64,000 nt of DNA from Heteronotia binoei (GCF_032191835.1 NC_083239.1:16306001-16370000), one strand, 5' to 3'; counted from the stretch's first letter, positions 21,268-34,750 are shown. A program made the numbers and translations. The notes: generated from the letters alone by a model not told the origin.

Positions 21268-24200
21268 GTAAGTGCAACTAGCGAAAGGAGGTTAAGTTTC
21301 GGGGAGCGTTCTGTTGGGTATGTGTGTCTATTGCATGGGTAATGTTTGCGCTTTGGTTGGAGGCTCCCCCACCCCCTGGGAGAATCTCCAGTTATTTTGC
21401 ATTTCCCCCCAACTTGGGTGTGTGTATGCGGGGGGGGGGGGGAGTCATTCTGTTTGGGTCTCTCTCTGGAAGGAGAGCCTCTTCGTGGCAATTGTTTAAA
21501 AGCATGATGTTAAAGTTTGCAAGAATGTGGAGTAAGATCAACAAATATGAAAAATAGGTTTTTTTTTTGTTTTGAAGGATGGGAAAAGAAGGGGGGGGGC
21601 TCTGCTTCTTACGAAGAGTATCATTTGGCTGTCTTTCTGGGGGAGCCACTGTGTGAAGTCATCAAGGCTGGGGAAATAAATATTCTAATAGCTTGCCCCC
21701 CCCCCCCCCATTCACTACGTACCTTGGACCATGTTTTTTCTGGAGATGTTGCATTCCTATGGAAACACTGTATGAATGAAGCACACGCCTTGCCCTGCCT
21801 GTGATAAGAAAAGCAGGAGTGAGGATTTGCCCCCAGCTTTCTGATGCTAACAGAGCCCACCTGCTTTCTGAAAAGGGACCCAGCTAGGTGAAACAGGAAG
21901 GTTATTTCCTTAGTAAAGGCTCCGGTATGCCCTTGCAGCAGAACCCAAGCAAAGAACTAATCTATTGCTGAAGTTTCATTTCTTGATGGAGTGACATTCC
22001 GGCAAGGAGGGGGATATGGGTCCTCCTGTCCCTAGGAAGGTTTTTTTGCAGAGCTTTTGGTGTAAGGTTTCTTCCTCGCTGGATCTTTTTGGCAGATTCC
22101 CTTCAAGAATTGGGGGGGGGGGGGGGTCTCCCTTCCATTTCTCTCTCTGTCTGTTTTAAAAGAAAGTGAATTATACATGGATGTAATCTGTCAACTTCGT
22201 GATTCCAATTGAAATGCAAGTCTGTTGTCTCTCATCATGGGGAGATTCTCTCCAAGAGGTCTTTGGCTGACAATTGGCTGTTTGTTCAAGGACATCTCTT
22301 GGAAACCCTTCCAAGGATGGAGGTGGGGGGGAGAGATACAGAAAGAGAATGAGAGTTAATGAACTGATTAGGGCTGAAATATTCCTTTTGACTCGCTGCA
22401 TACCATTTCCTGCCTCAAGGAACCTTTGTGACTTTATGCATGGTTATCCTACAAGTGGGACACTGGGCCAGAGTTGAAAGTGGTTGACGGATTATCTGCT
22501 CTCTTTGACTACCAACAGGCTGCTAAAAATTGATCTTGGTTTTGAAGTCAACAGAAATGTCAGATGATGGCCCCTGATGGGTACTCCATCTCTGTTGGTT
22601 CTTGCCCCCATCCGGGCTTGGTTTTGATGGGCGGTGGTAGTGTCAGAGAGTCTTTTTCTTCTTCCCTGCAAACCTTTTCCCTTCTGTGCATCAGCTGTAT
22701 TCATCTGTGTCCCTCTTTACTGAACCTGATTATCTGTTTTTCCCCTTCCTCTAACGCAAGTCAAATCCTCAGACTTTCCTTTTCTAGGGCAAGTAACTAG
22801 TGCTTAATGAAAAATAACACTGGGATCATTGTATGCCCCATTGGCTGCATGAATACTATTGTTTCTAGTTTGTAGACTTTTAACAAAATAGATTTTGGTA
22901 GAATGATGAACAATTAATGAAAGGTTGCTGTTTTGTGGTGGATCGGAAAATGGATCTTTGGCGATGGGTTCCACATTGTCATACAGTGCCCGCTCCAACC
23001 CATTTCTTTGCTTGGAAAAAAGGTACAGCGCTGGAAGTAATAACCCGCAGTGCCCAAAGAGTGGCAGTACAGCTGTGCAGAAAAAAATTGCTGGGGAGTA
23101 GTTATAGCCTGTATTAAATATATACATCCAGATGTATACCTAAATCCACCTACCTTTGCTGGTCTTCTTTGCATCTGGTTACTGAAACTTGCCAGTAAGT
23201 CTTGTTGATTGACAGAATACCTTAAATGAGGAGGATTTAAAGGTGGGGGGCAACAGATTGCTGCCAACATCTGTACAGATGTTGTTATCTTGGAGAAAAT
23301 CATAAGCAACAATGAGGTCCCTGAGCATGCTGGCAGTTCAGGCTGCATTAGCAACCAAATTCACTATCAAAAGGGCTTTTCTGTGAAGAAAGAAGAGGAG
23401 ATTGCAGCCAGTTTCCAGTGAAATACCAGGGTTCTGTTGTGCTGGGGTATTTCCAAAATAAAGTGCATTAAAAAAAAAGTTTTCTCAAAACAGGCTAGCC
23501 ATAGCGGTTGGTTACTGAGCCCAGTTTTGTGTCCTAAGACACATATTTAAGCTCTCCGCATATCTCTAGCTTCTTGTTTCCCTAACCTTCATGTTCCATT
23601 GCTGAGTTGCTTCTGACAGCATGCTGTCCAAAGAAGACTAAGCAGCTTTAAATCCCCTTGAAATCAATGGGTGTTGAGAGTATTCTTAATATTAAACTTC
23701 AGCTTACTTTCCTGTGATTTGAATTAAAGATGTGTGGAGACACTTTGCACATTGTGAGAGATTCAGATAGCCTTGTCAACATTCTTTTTTACTTCCCTCC
23801 AGATTTTTCAGACGTTTTCTCTCAGAAGGAACACAGCCCCTGGCCTTCAGTTCTAACCCTTTCCTTTTGTGCCAAGTTGGCCTGTAAAATTTCTTTTTCC
23901 GCTGCCTTTTTGGGACAACATTGGTGTGTGCCATTAGTCTATCATTAGTTTAAGGAACCTGGAGGTTAATAGTATCTCCTCATGGCAGCTCTAAGATCAC
24001 CACTGAGCTTCATGGCTGAAGGGGGATTTGAACACAGTTCTCCAAGACTAGTATTCCATTCATGTCACCCCACTGGTTCTCTTGTTTAGACCTGGAAGAC
24101 CAGAGGTTGTAGGTTGTCTTCAGCCCACTGTATCATGTGGCTGTGTGGGGCTACCATAAGGTAAACAGCTTTTCCATATCACCTCTTTGACCGCTTTGAA

Positions 24201-25839
24201 AACGTTTTGTAAACCATCAACTGATCTACCATCCTCCATCTTTTCTGGGATAAAACAACACGTCTCTCTCTGTAGACGTCATTTGTGCCTCTCAAAAGCT
24301 CATATTGATACCATATGTTATCAATAAAATTGTTTAACAAAAAAAGCTCATATTGATATAAATATTGTTGGTCTTTAAGGTGCCACTGCATTTTTGTTAT
24401 AAATGCAACAAAACATCCTCTGGCTATCTGTATTGTGAGTGTGAGTCCTCTTGCAGACAGAGAATAAACCAGGCTTTAGTGACTGGTGTTCTGTTTATCT
24501 TGTGCACTTTTATCCTTCCCCCATCCTCTGGAGCTTTGAGTGGCATATGCCTTTATCTCTTCTTTGTATTCTCACAACAACCCTGTGAGGTAGGTTTGGC
24601 TAAGACTATGGATCTGCCAAAAGTCACTAAGTGAACTTCATAGCAGAAGGGGCTTCTAAAACCAGGCCTCACAGATCCCAGGGCAGTGCCTTAAATATTG
24701 TATCATGCCACCTCCTTTTTAAGCTCAAAGGGAAAGTCTCCCCCAGAAATATTTGTACATTGGTCCTAAAGTGAGCTGTTTGGTGATGGTGTTTGGGCAG
24801 TTTCTCCCAGCTTCAGATTGCCGGGGATTTAAAGCATCTCTTTTCAGAGTCAATGGCACAGGACCTGAGCTCATGCTGTAAATCTTTATGTCAGGGGTGC
24901 CCAACTTTGTGATGTCCTTGAGCACTTCTGGCTTTTTGAGAACATTTGGTGAAGCAATAAGGGGGCCAGGAAGCACCTCAGCGAGGGCCATGGCAGAAGG
25001 CACCATGTAGCGAATCTTTGGTCTATATGAATGCCAGTTCCTAAGATTCTGTCGTGATTTGCTATGACCAGCAAATTGGTGGTGCTATGCAAGTGATGGA
25101 GTGGATGCTGTATCATCTTGCAGGATGGAGTGGAATCTGTATCATCTTGCAGGGTCATTCAGATGTGCTGCACCTCTGAGGATTATTTGCCTTGCATTCA
25201 TCATTACTATATATTTTTAAAAAGATATGCTGCACTTTCTGCCCCCCAAAATAGGCCCTTGAAGAGAACTGCAGTCATGAAAACATTTAAAACTGCATGT
25301 CCTCCCTCCAAGCAGGTATTTTGCTAGTTACATATAAAGGTCATTTTCTGAATTCCTTATCTCTTAGTTTTCCTAGAAACTGTATGGCACAAATAGGTGG
25401 GCTCTGGCTTCATAATAAAAAGGGTGTGGCCTGTTGCGCAGTTAAAAAGAGGGAGAGAGACCCTCCTGCCTTGGATAACACTTCTAGGAGTTCTTGCAAG
25501 GTATGCTGATCTTGGACCCCACTGGGAGTCTCAAGTCTGTTGTGGACAAGAAGCTCTGTTCACATGTTACAGTGAATGTGTGCACATCTGTTATAAGATA
25601 CAGCCAATGTTCATTTGGTTTGCAATTGAACCTAGGACCTGCAAAAACATGTGGTTTGTTTCACACATTCATGTTCAGGATACATGTGTTGAATGTAACA
25701 TGAGAATTACTCTATACATGTATTTTTTAAAAATCAAATGTACACTGAATATGAATTGAATGTGTATTCACTGTAATGTTAACAGGGCTTCTGACTTGAA
25801 AGGTTCATCGTTTTTGAACCTGCAAATGATGCCAATAGC

Positions 25840-26058
25840 TAGGGTTGCCAACTTTCAGGTGGCACCTGGAGATCTCCCATTATTACAATTAATCTTCAGA
25901 CAACCAGTATCAGTTCCTCGGAAGAAAATGGCTGCTTTGGAAGATGGACTCTGTGGCATTATACCCTGCTGAGGTTCCTCCCCTCTCCAAACCATGCCTT
26001 CCCCAGGCTCCACCCCCAAAATGTCCAGGTATTTCCTAACCTAGAGCTGGCATCCCTA
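25840..26058 (+). mobile_element. hAT MITE (TAGGGTTGCCA family)
   Basis: TIR TAGGGTTGCCAAC/GCTGGCATCCCTA; family body. Confidence 0.8.
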
Positions 26059-27711
26059 AAATGCTGCTTTTGGTGTACACATAATGGACATGAGAGTGGA
26101 CAGTTGTGTATTCTGTCTGAAGCAGATTATATGCATACTTGGTAGTTAAACCTGAAGCAGTAGTTGATAGAAATGAGAAAGAGATCCTGATATTTCAGGG
26201 ACTTTTTCTCCTGCTACCTTTGTGGCATCAAATCTTTATAAAATGTAGATTGGATACAACTGGAGATATGCTCCCAACTTGATGAAGGCCCTGTTGATAG
26301 GCCTTCATTGTGCCAGATAATGAATAGTTAATATTTTTTTTAATAAACTATGGCGTTTTTCTCACTGTAAGGCTAAATGGACAGAAGCAAATTCAGGGTT
26401 ATGTTCAAATGAACATGGTATCTTTTAATCAAGTGTTCATGTTTTATGGTGTGCTGGACAGTCTAGAGAAAACATCTGGATGGATCTCCATCTTATATTA
26501 GGATGCCTATTCAAGAGAGAGGGCCAACTCTTAAGGAATCTCCTAAGGGAGGTGTTGAATTGATGAAACAGCAGGAATATGATTTCTGCTCTAAAAACCA
26601 TTATGAATGTACCTCTGTTCTTAAACTGTTCCTTCATGGCAATACCACCACAGTCTATAAGAAAGGAAGGACTGCTTTGCTGCATAAAGCAGCTAAGGTA
26701 TCATTTGAAAATGCTCAGGGGAACGGTAATAGGTTTCCAGTATTGCTTATTTGTGAGTGTTCTTCTAGTGCTTTTGTCTACATTGATTCTGAATTTGTTT
26801 GTGCTTGGACAGAAATAACATTCCTTTGATTCTCCACCACCTCTTCTCCCCAGACCTTGAAGTGTATATATAGGCTTTTCTTATTATCTTTCTTATTATC
26901 TTCACAACAACCTTGTGATGCAGATCAGGTGAAAGAAAAATTGTCAACTCAGATTAGATCATTGAGCTTCTGGGGTGAAAGGGAATTTGAATCTGAGTCT
27001 GCCTAATGTTTTTTGGGTCCTTTTTGACATATAGAGTAATACCATTGGCTAGTGTAACCTTCTCTGGTTTTGTTGGTCATATATGTAGGGGTCATTGAAT
27101 CCCAAACCATCAGAAGTCTGGTGATATTCAATTTCAAACATTTATATCTTTTACCCAAAGACTTGGATTCTAGGCTTGCTTCTGGTTGTTCCCCTCTTTG
27201 TGGTGGAGACGATGCATAGCACTTTTGTCTGGTACTAGGTGCTTTTTGTTTTATGGAAGGTTTCGCAGGAATGGAATTTCCTAGTGGTGGAATAACACAT
27301 TTTTCAACAGGACAACTGTCTCCACCATTGGAAAGCATGCAGCACAAGCTGAACCAAAGCTTAAGCATTACCGAAGCAGGTAATATGAGCAATAATTAGA
27401 ACAAGAAAAAAAATGCAAAGTCAGTGATAATTATAAAGCCTGCAGTGAAACAAATTCAGGTTAGGAGTGTTAAAGTATATATTTTTCTTGTTTCTTTTTT
27501 TACATTTTTACTTTGCTTCCCCCCCCCCCTTGGGGACCCAACATGGTTTACAATATAGTTACCCCCTCTGCCATTTCATTCTCACAGCAACAACCCTGTG
27601 AGATCTAGAGTGATTGGCCCAGAATCACCCAGCAAAATTCATGGTGGATCAGGGATTCAGTCTGATACTCTGGGTCTCAAGTATGTCCATGAACTCTGTA
27701 TCCTGTCCTGG

Positions 27712-28275
27712 ATAGCCCAGGCTAGCCCAATCTTGTCAGATATCAGAAGCTTAAGCAGGATCAGCTAGGGCTGCCAAGTCCTTACCTCTTGCTGGTGGGG
27801 TGGGAGGGAGCCTTCTAAACGGAGAGCAGTGGCATCGTCAACGCAGTGATGTCGTGCAGAACTGATGTAATCACATTGGGGGTGTCACATGAGGGCATTC
27901 TGGTTTGAGGGCAAAACTGTATGGTAAAATAGCCCTCAAACCATAGAATTTTGCCCTCAAACCAGAGCATCCCTGTGTGACGTTCTCCAGTGTGATGATG
28001 TCACTTCCTCCTGATGTCGAGTCAGTGATGCCACTGTTTGGGGATGAGGTTTCCCTGGCTGGCAGGTGGTGGAGAGAAGCCCCCAAAAGTGGACTTATGG
28101 ACTGGGAACCCTAGGGTCAGCCCTGGTTAATATTTGGAAGGAAGACCACCAAGGAAGTCCAGGGTTGCAATGCAGAGACAGGTAGTGGCAAACTACCTCT
28201 GAATTGAATGTCTCTTGCCTTGAAAACCTTATGGAGTCACCATGTCAGCTGTGGCTTACAGCAGAACAAAAAAAA
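27712..28275 (+). mobile_element. 5S-derived SINE split by a MITE
   Basis: Head GCCCAATCTTGTCAGATATCAGAAGCTTAAGCAGG (27725-27759) resumes at 28114 with GGGTCAGCCCTGGTTAATATTTGGAAGGAAGACC. Confidence 0.8.
27766..28113. mobile_element. hAT MITE with internal palindrome
   Basis: TIR TAGGGCTGCCAAGTCC/GGACTGGGAACCCTA, 8-bp TSD GGATCAGC/GGGTCAGC, internal inverted repeat TCTGGTTTGAGGGCAAAA...TTTTGCCCTCAAACCAGA. Confidence 0.85.
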
Positions 28276-29744
28276 TGAACTCTGTGATAGTTTGAAGATG
28301 CACGAATGTGCTCTTTCTTTGTTTTCATTCTGCGCATTGTTATTGTCAGTGTTTGGACAATACAGCATTTTTATGGCATTTATATACCACTGACAATTAA
28401 GACAGAAGAAAGAAAACACATTGGACCTGAGAGGGATATTATTTCCCACCCTTGTATATGATGAGTAGTTTGCGTCTACATGAGGAAACTGTATCAGGAT
28501 GGATGTCTATTCAACTGGGCCTAGTTATGCCAGTCTTTGAAATCCTAAATCCTTTGAAATCCTAATGATTCTGAACATGGTGCCCAGGGGCACCATGGCA
28601 CCTGCCGACATGATTTCTGAAGCCTGCCAAGTGTTTTTTTATAAAGTGGGTGGGGACAGGTGGGGCTTTTGCTCAATAAGGCTTCTGATTGGCCACTTCT
28701 GATATTTGCTGTGCAGATTTTTTTTTAAATGTTGCTTTCGCAGCAGCTGATGCCACAGCACAAGGATCTTCACTTGTGACTAAAGGTAATCTGGGACAAC
28801 CATTTTGTAGATGGCTCTACTTTCTGCAGCAGCCATTTTAGTGGCAGTCATTTTTGTGGCTGTGACCAATCTCAGCATTTGTAATTCTGTGACAGAATTA
28901 CATTGTTGTCCTCAGACTCAGAAAGGTTGGGGATGTCTGCCCTAAAGCAGTCTTAGAGAATTATTTTGAAAACAGAGTGAGAGGCTGAGGTTCATGTCTT
29001 CCCTTCTCATAGGGATGCCAGGTCCAACTCAGGAAGTATCTGAGGACTTAATGGTGGAGCCTGGAGACTTTCCCATTCCCTAAATAAAAATATAGCAGGC
29101 TGTCCCCCTGAATACAGTCCATTTCCTCATCCTCTCTTTACCTTCAGATGTTTCCCCAGCACCTGCACTTCCACTAAATGAAAGTATAATTGTCATACCC
29201 CCACTTGTGAAGTATAATTGTCATACCCCCACTTGTGATGTTGCCATCCCCCTTGCCAAGCTCTGGTAGCATTTCCGAGTGTGGCTTTATTAAGGGGCAT
29301 ACATACACACATAGCAGCCAAAAAAAACAATTAATCCTTTTCCAAACACAAATAGTTTGCAAGTCTGCACTTTTGTGATCTCATTTGGGCAATGGTATAA
29401 ATTGCTTTACTCATGGGAGTTGCTAAATGTATCCAGTCTGTTTCATTTCAATCAACTTCAGACTAACACAGAAAAAGAATAAGGAAGAGAGTAGTCTAGG
29501 GGTGGAGTTTTCCTCCATCTCATAATCAGATTCTAGTTGACTCTTTACTATCCATTTTAATATACACACACAACTTCTGAAACAAATGCAAACCATAGAG
29601 GGACTCTGCTCACTTCTCTCTCACACACTTAACACACTCACTGGGAAGAGCCATGTGACTTGTGCCTGCTTGCCCCACCCCATGCAGCTTTTATCCTGTT
29701 GAAATTTAAAGGCATACACACATCCCTAAAACAAGCAGTTTGCT

Positions 29745-30256
29745 AGCTCCTATCTACGGGACCGCCTTTCTCCGCATATTCCCCAGAGAGCACTGCGTTC
29801 AGGGGCAAAAAACCTACTCTCGGTCCCCGGACCAAAAGAAGCCAGGCTATGCGTGACAAGATCTAGGGCTTTCTCGGTGGCAGCACCAGAGCTTTGGAAT
29901 GCTCTTTCAGAAGCCATACGGGCCCTGCGGGATCTGTCTGCATTCCGCAGGGCCTGTAAGACCGAGTTGTTCAAGCAGGCCTTCTAGGCTTGACGAAGAT
30001 GGCTGCCACCGGACATCACACAGAACGCCGGTGTTCACGGCTTGGAATTCTAATGCCGCTATAATGTATTCATCACTATATAATGGTTTTAATAATCTCG
30101 AATTGTAATACGTTTTTAAACTGAAAATGTAAATTATGGTTTTATATATTTTATTTGTTTAATTGTCTAGATACTGTGAGCTGCCCTGAGTCCGCTTGCG
30201 GAGAGGGCGGGATATAAATCAAATGTAATAAATAAATAATAAATAAATAAATAAAA
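29745..30256 (+). mobile_element. L2-clade LINE 3' fragment
   Basis: YLRDRLSPHIPQRALRS..AFSVAAPELWNAL..FRRACKTELFKQAF*, 3' stem-loop, and (TAAA)n tail. Confidence 0.9.
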
Positions 30257-30525
30257 TATCCTGCCCAGATTTAAAGGCACATTATGGCTGTTGGGGTGGG
30301 GAGGAGCCTGCAAAATAGGGGGATTCTCTGCCCAAACCTGGGACTGGCAAGCCTACCTCCTCAAAGTACTACAAACACTCCTTCTTTATCCCTTTTGGCC
30401 TCTGGATTGGTAACTGCTAGTGGTAACACTCACTGATTGCCCCAAAGCAATCAGCCTGGTGGTAACTCTCACTGATTGCCCCAAAGCCCTCTCGTTACTG
30501 ATCCTTGAATGAAAAGAGAGCAAGA

Positions 30526-30627
30526 ACTTTTTTTGTGTATGAGTGGGTGTTATGTGCTAAAAATGAGTTAATCAGGACTTTTTTTGTGTATGAGTGGGTG
30601 TTATGTGCTAAAAATGAGTTAATCAGG
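30526..30627. repeat. Perfect 51-bp tandem duplication
   Basis: ACTTTTTTTGTGTATGAGTGGGTGTTATGTGCTAAAAATGAGTTAATCAGG x2. Confidence 0.95.
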
Positions 30628-31264
30628 AGGTTTGGTATTTGAGGCAAGTAACCAAGTTAATCTGCTGAGGCCCAGTAATATGTGCCAGTGCCTTCCCACT
30701 TTATAGGATGAGATAGGTAGCTTATCAGGGGCATTACCTTCTCTTCTGTAGCACTTTGACTCCAGAACTCCCTTCGCAGAAGCATTTGCTCAGCACAGGA
30801 TCTCTTAAAATTCAATTTAATTTCAACATCCAGCAAGAATGTGAACTTTTTTTATTGTTCTAGCTGAATACTGCTAGGGACCTTGAGAATATTTTAATGA
30901 GAGAATGGGATCTGTATATTAAATTAAAATGCTTCTTTTCACATATACTTGGTTGTTGGTTGTTTTTCCCCTCCCCGTTTCTGAATCTTTAATAGCGGTC
31001 AAATAACTTGTTGCTGTACAGGTTTTAATGCTGGTTTTATAGTCTAATTTTAAAAAAAAACCATCCTTGTTAGCCAATTATATGAGCACTATTGAATTTC
31101 TCATCCCAGTTGGTTCAACTGAAAAATACTCGTTTCAGTTTTTCTTCTCCCTTGTGCAAATTGAACCCATGAATCTTTATTTTAAACCCATGGTGTTCTC
31201 TCATGTTGAATTTTTCTGATCCAGTGTATGCATTTCTCAACATTACTGGTGTGTCAGTGGTATA

Positions 31265-31800
31265 TAAAGGTTGAAAGAATTGCAGCGTTAGTTGATCACA
31301 AGCTGAACATGAGCCAGCAGTGTGATGCAGCTGCTAAAAAAACGAATGCTGTGTTAACAGAAGCATTCATTTCTAGGCTGCAGGAAATGATTCCATTCTG
31401 TTCTGTGCTGGCCAGGGTTCACCTGGAATACCATATCCAGAACTTGTAGGTCCCGTTCTGGGCCCTGCATTTCAACAAGGATGTTGACAGACTAGAGTGC
31501 ATGCAGACAGTGTGACCAGGATGGTGAAGGTTCTGGAAACCAGAGGAAAGCTAGAAAGACATGTTTAGTATGAAAGATTAAGGAGATACACAATTGCTGT
31601 CTTCATATATCTAATTATTAGGCTTTTTGTTGGCTTGGTGCCATATAAATAAACTGACTGGCATATATCTAAAGGGACATCATATAGAAAATGAAACAGA
31701 ATTTTTCTGTCTTGCTACAGAGAACAATGTATGGAAATTACACTGGAATACATTTTGGCTAAATATTAGGAGAAGCTTCCTAATGCTAAAAGCTGTTCAG
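31265..31800 (+). mobile_element. Old CR1 LINE RT 3' fragment
   Basis: GATCACAAGCTGAACATGAGCCAGCAGTGTGATGCAGCTGCTAAAAA and CCTGGAATACCATATCCAG, typical CR1 ORF2 (LNMSQQC..AAKK). Confidence 0.8.
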
Positions 31801-32959
31801 TAGTGGAAAACCCTGCCTTGGGGGGTGGTAGATTCTTTTTCACTGAAAGGCTGTAAGCAGAGGATAGATGACAATCTGCTAAGCAGTGTACATAAAATAC
31901 TCTTGCAGTGAACAGTTGGATATATTAATGTCTCAAAACAGTTTGATATCTTCATGTTAAGGTCAGGCAGTCCTTGTTCCATAGCCAGGATTTGGTACGG
32001 AGGTCAAGCCAGTAATACAGGTGTCTTTATTATTTTTAATTTGGGGTGAAAAGACAAATTACCTTCTTGACAGATAAGTGTCAAAATTTCAGATTTGGGT
32101 ACTTGTTTCTTCCAGGAGTCAGCTTCATTTCTGAGTACTTCCAATCCAGTCCTTGTTGGGTTACCCATGCAAACCTGGAGCAGTTGACAGTCTCTTTGGT
32201 AGCTGAGCTATTCTGCAGAGCTGCTGCTTGAGGGAAGGGAGGAGGGAAGATCTGGCTGCCTTCCAATTGTCTTGGAGTTCTGTCAGAAGGAAACATGCAT
32301 CAAAACAGGTGCATGGAGCATGATACAGGCAGTCTGCCATGGACCTTGGTCCTGCACGTTCACTGTCAAGTTGGTTCAATGTTGAGAGCATCACTGAGCA
32401 ATTTGCCAGAGTGTGTTTTTCCTCTCTGTGCATTTTGCAGTAAGCTCTCCTCCATTAAGGCTGTCTGAAACAGTGCAGAGAGTGATGAGGTCCTCTTTGC
32501 CACCGGTTGCTGGGCCAGTTAAAAAAACAAACCTGTTATTTAGGCACAGTTAATATAACTTCAGATGTGGTCCCTGGTATGGGGCAATGTTTGTGGAAGA
32601 ATTCATATATAAACGAAGAGAAGTTCTTGCAGTCTGTAACTAAAAGTGGAATTCTAGGTGTGGCTATGAAGATGAAAGGAGTGGAGCTGTGCAAATCACA
32701 TGGACTCAGTTCTGAGATTCTCTGAATCTAAAGTGATCACCCTTAGTGGCTTTTTCTTGAAGACCTCCAAGGGTAGTGATTTTATGCCATCTCTCTTAGG
32801 AGCTCGTTTTGTTTCTATGCTGCCTGGAATGTCCTGTCTAGAGTTTATATAGTTGTTTCAAATGTTTTTAAGCCCAATTTATTCCCCCAAAACAAATCTG
32901 AGTCAGCGGATGATGACAAATTTAAAACAATAAAATAGCCTCTCAGTTTAAACAAAATA

Positions 32960-33290
32960 CAAATCCAGCTTGGATGATTGGAGCTGATGTACAGGTATAT
33001 ACAGGAAGGCAAAGTCATTGTATGTGGCTTGCAGGTTGTGGGGGGCTTTTAAAGATAGGTGCAGGCACCTTGAATTGAATCTAGAAGCTTGTAGGTAGCC
33101 AACATAAGAATCTGTAATGATACTAGCATAACAACTTACTCCTGATGGCAAATGGCTGCAACATTTTGAACCAAGTGCAATTTCAGGATACCTTCAAGAG
33201 CAGCTCCATGTACAGTAGCCAAGCCTAAGGGCCATCTGACTTTATCTGAAGCACAATGTCAAGGCCTGCCCTAGTCCAATCTGCACTTGG
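32960..33290 (-). mobile_element. Old L2 LINE fragment
   Basis: Degenerate antisense L2 ORF2 motifs (CTTCAAGAGCAGCTCCATGTACAGTAGCCAAG; GCACCTTGAATTGAATCTAGAAG). Confidence 0.55.
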
Positions 33291-34463
33291 GAAGAAGATG
33301 CCTCAGAAGAGGAGTTTCTTGCTATGTGGTCCACCCAGAAGCTCCAGGGTGGACCACATTTCTTGTTCAAGTCCCCTTGGAATCAGCAGGCCAGGAAACC
33401 CCTCTGAATAGATCTGGCCACCTCTTGCACCTCCAGAGTTTTTTTCAGGTTTGAAGAAAGGTGGAGAGCCAGAGGCAAAGTCTGGAACAGGCAGAGAACT
33501 GCATACTTGGCAGATTAAAGTCTCCATTTCCACTCCAGTCTCTTGGCAAGATCAAGGACCCAACACTAGAACTTAAAAGGAAGAAAGACCTAGGTCTCGC
33601 TACAGGAAATGATGGGACTTTCTGTTCCATATCTTGAAGATAAGTCTAAAACTTAGTTGGCTCAGAATTGATGCAAACCTGGAGTTTCTTCCTGGATGAA
33701 ACGTTAGCAAGAAGCTTAAAGAGTGCTTTGATGACCAGTGAAATTGTTCAGGAAGGTTTTGTGTATTGCTAACCAACACTAATTTTAAAAACATACTGGG
33801 GTTGGAGCAAGAGAAGAATTGCCCACATCTTTTTGTTAGTGTGGAGTAGCACTGTTCTTTTTTTTTGTTAATGGGAAGAAAAGCATACAAAGCTTAAAGG
33901 ACCTGTTGAATTTTCCCCTCACTTCCAGTTATTCAAGGCGTGGAAGCCATCTTACAAAAAACAATGGCAACTTCCTTTCAACTAATTCCAACTCCAGATA
34001 GCTCCCCTTGCCCTTCCATGGTTGAGCCATTTAACAAAATGCAAACTCCAGGGCATGCATTGCGCCTGCATTCACTGAACTTGTGAAAAAGGCATTGGTG
34101 TACACAGGGGGGGGTTTTTTGTAGCAGGAACTCCTTTGCATATTAGGCCACAGACTCCTGATGTAGCCAATCTTCCTGGAACTTAGTACAGAGCCTACTG
34201 TAAGCCCCTGGGTGTACGGTATATATTTGATTTTTTTTTATTTGTGTGTTGGGTAATTCTCATGTTACATTCAATGCATGCACACTTATTCAGGACCTGC
34301 ATTCATTGCTACTTGTTAATAGAGTTACTGTAAGTCCACTTTATGGGGAACATCAGTATTGATGATCAACATGGTTTTCAGGGAAGCTGATTCTTTGTTA
34401 CTGGTTTTGTTATTGAAGCTTTCCCATAAGCTTCCTGGGATGCCAAGGATCTCTTGAGACACA

Positions 34464-34750
34464 GGGCATTTTCGCACTGACCTTTTACTGGCGCGACCAC
34501 CCTCCTCACGCCGGCGGATCTGCAGGGATTTCGCACCAGAAGCGCCGGCGCAGCCAAAAGAGCCGGCTACTTCCGTCGCGAAACCCGCTCAAACGTTTTC
34601 CTGCTTCTTGGCGGTTTCCGTTTGAGGTGGTTTCAGGACGGAAGTTGCCGGCTCTTTTGGCTGCGCCGGCGCTTCTGGTGCGAAATCCCTGCAGATCCGC
34701 CGGCGTGAGGAGGGTGGTCGCGCCAGTAAAAGGTCAGTGCGAAATCAGCC
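34464..34750. mobile_element. Young fold-back MITE, PIF/Harbinger-like
   Basis: About 108-bp inverted arms with 1 mismatch, CpG-rich, termini GGGCATTTTCGCAC/GTGCGAAATCAGCC, 3-bp flanking repeat ACA. Confidence 0.85.

Noticed and set aside
26503-26829. Exon with an ankyrin-like GRTALLHKAA motif
   Set aside because: The motif is short and imperfect, no splice pair supports it, and it does not resemble CSMD2 exon 2.
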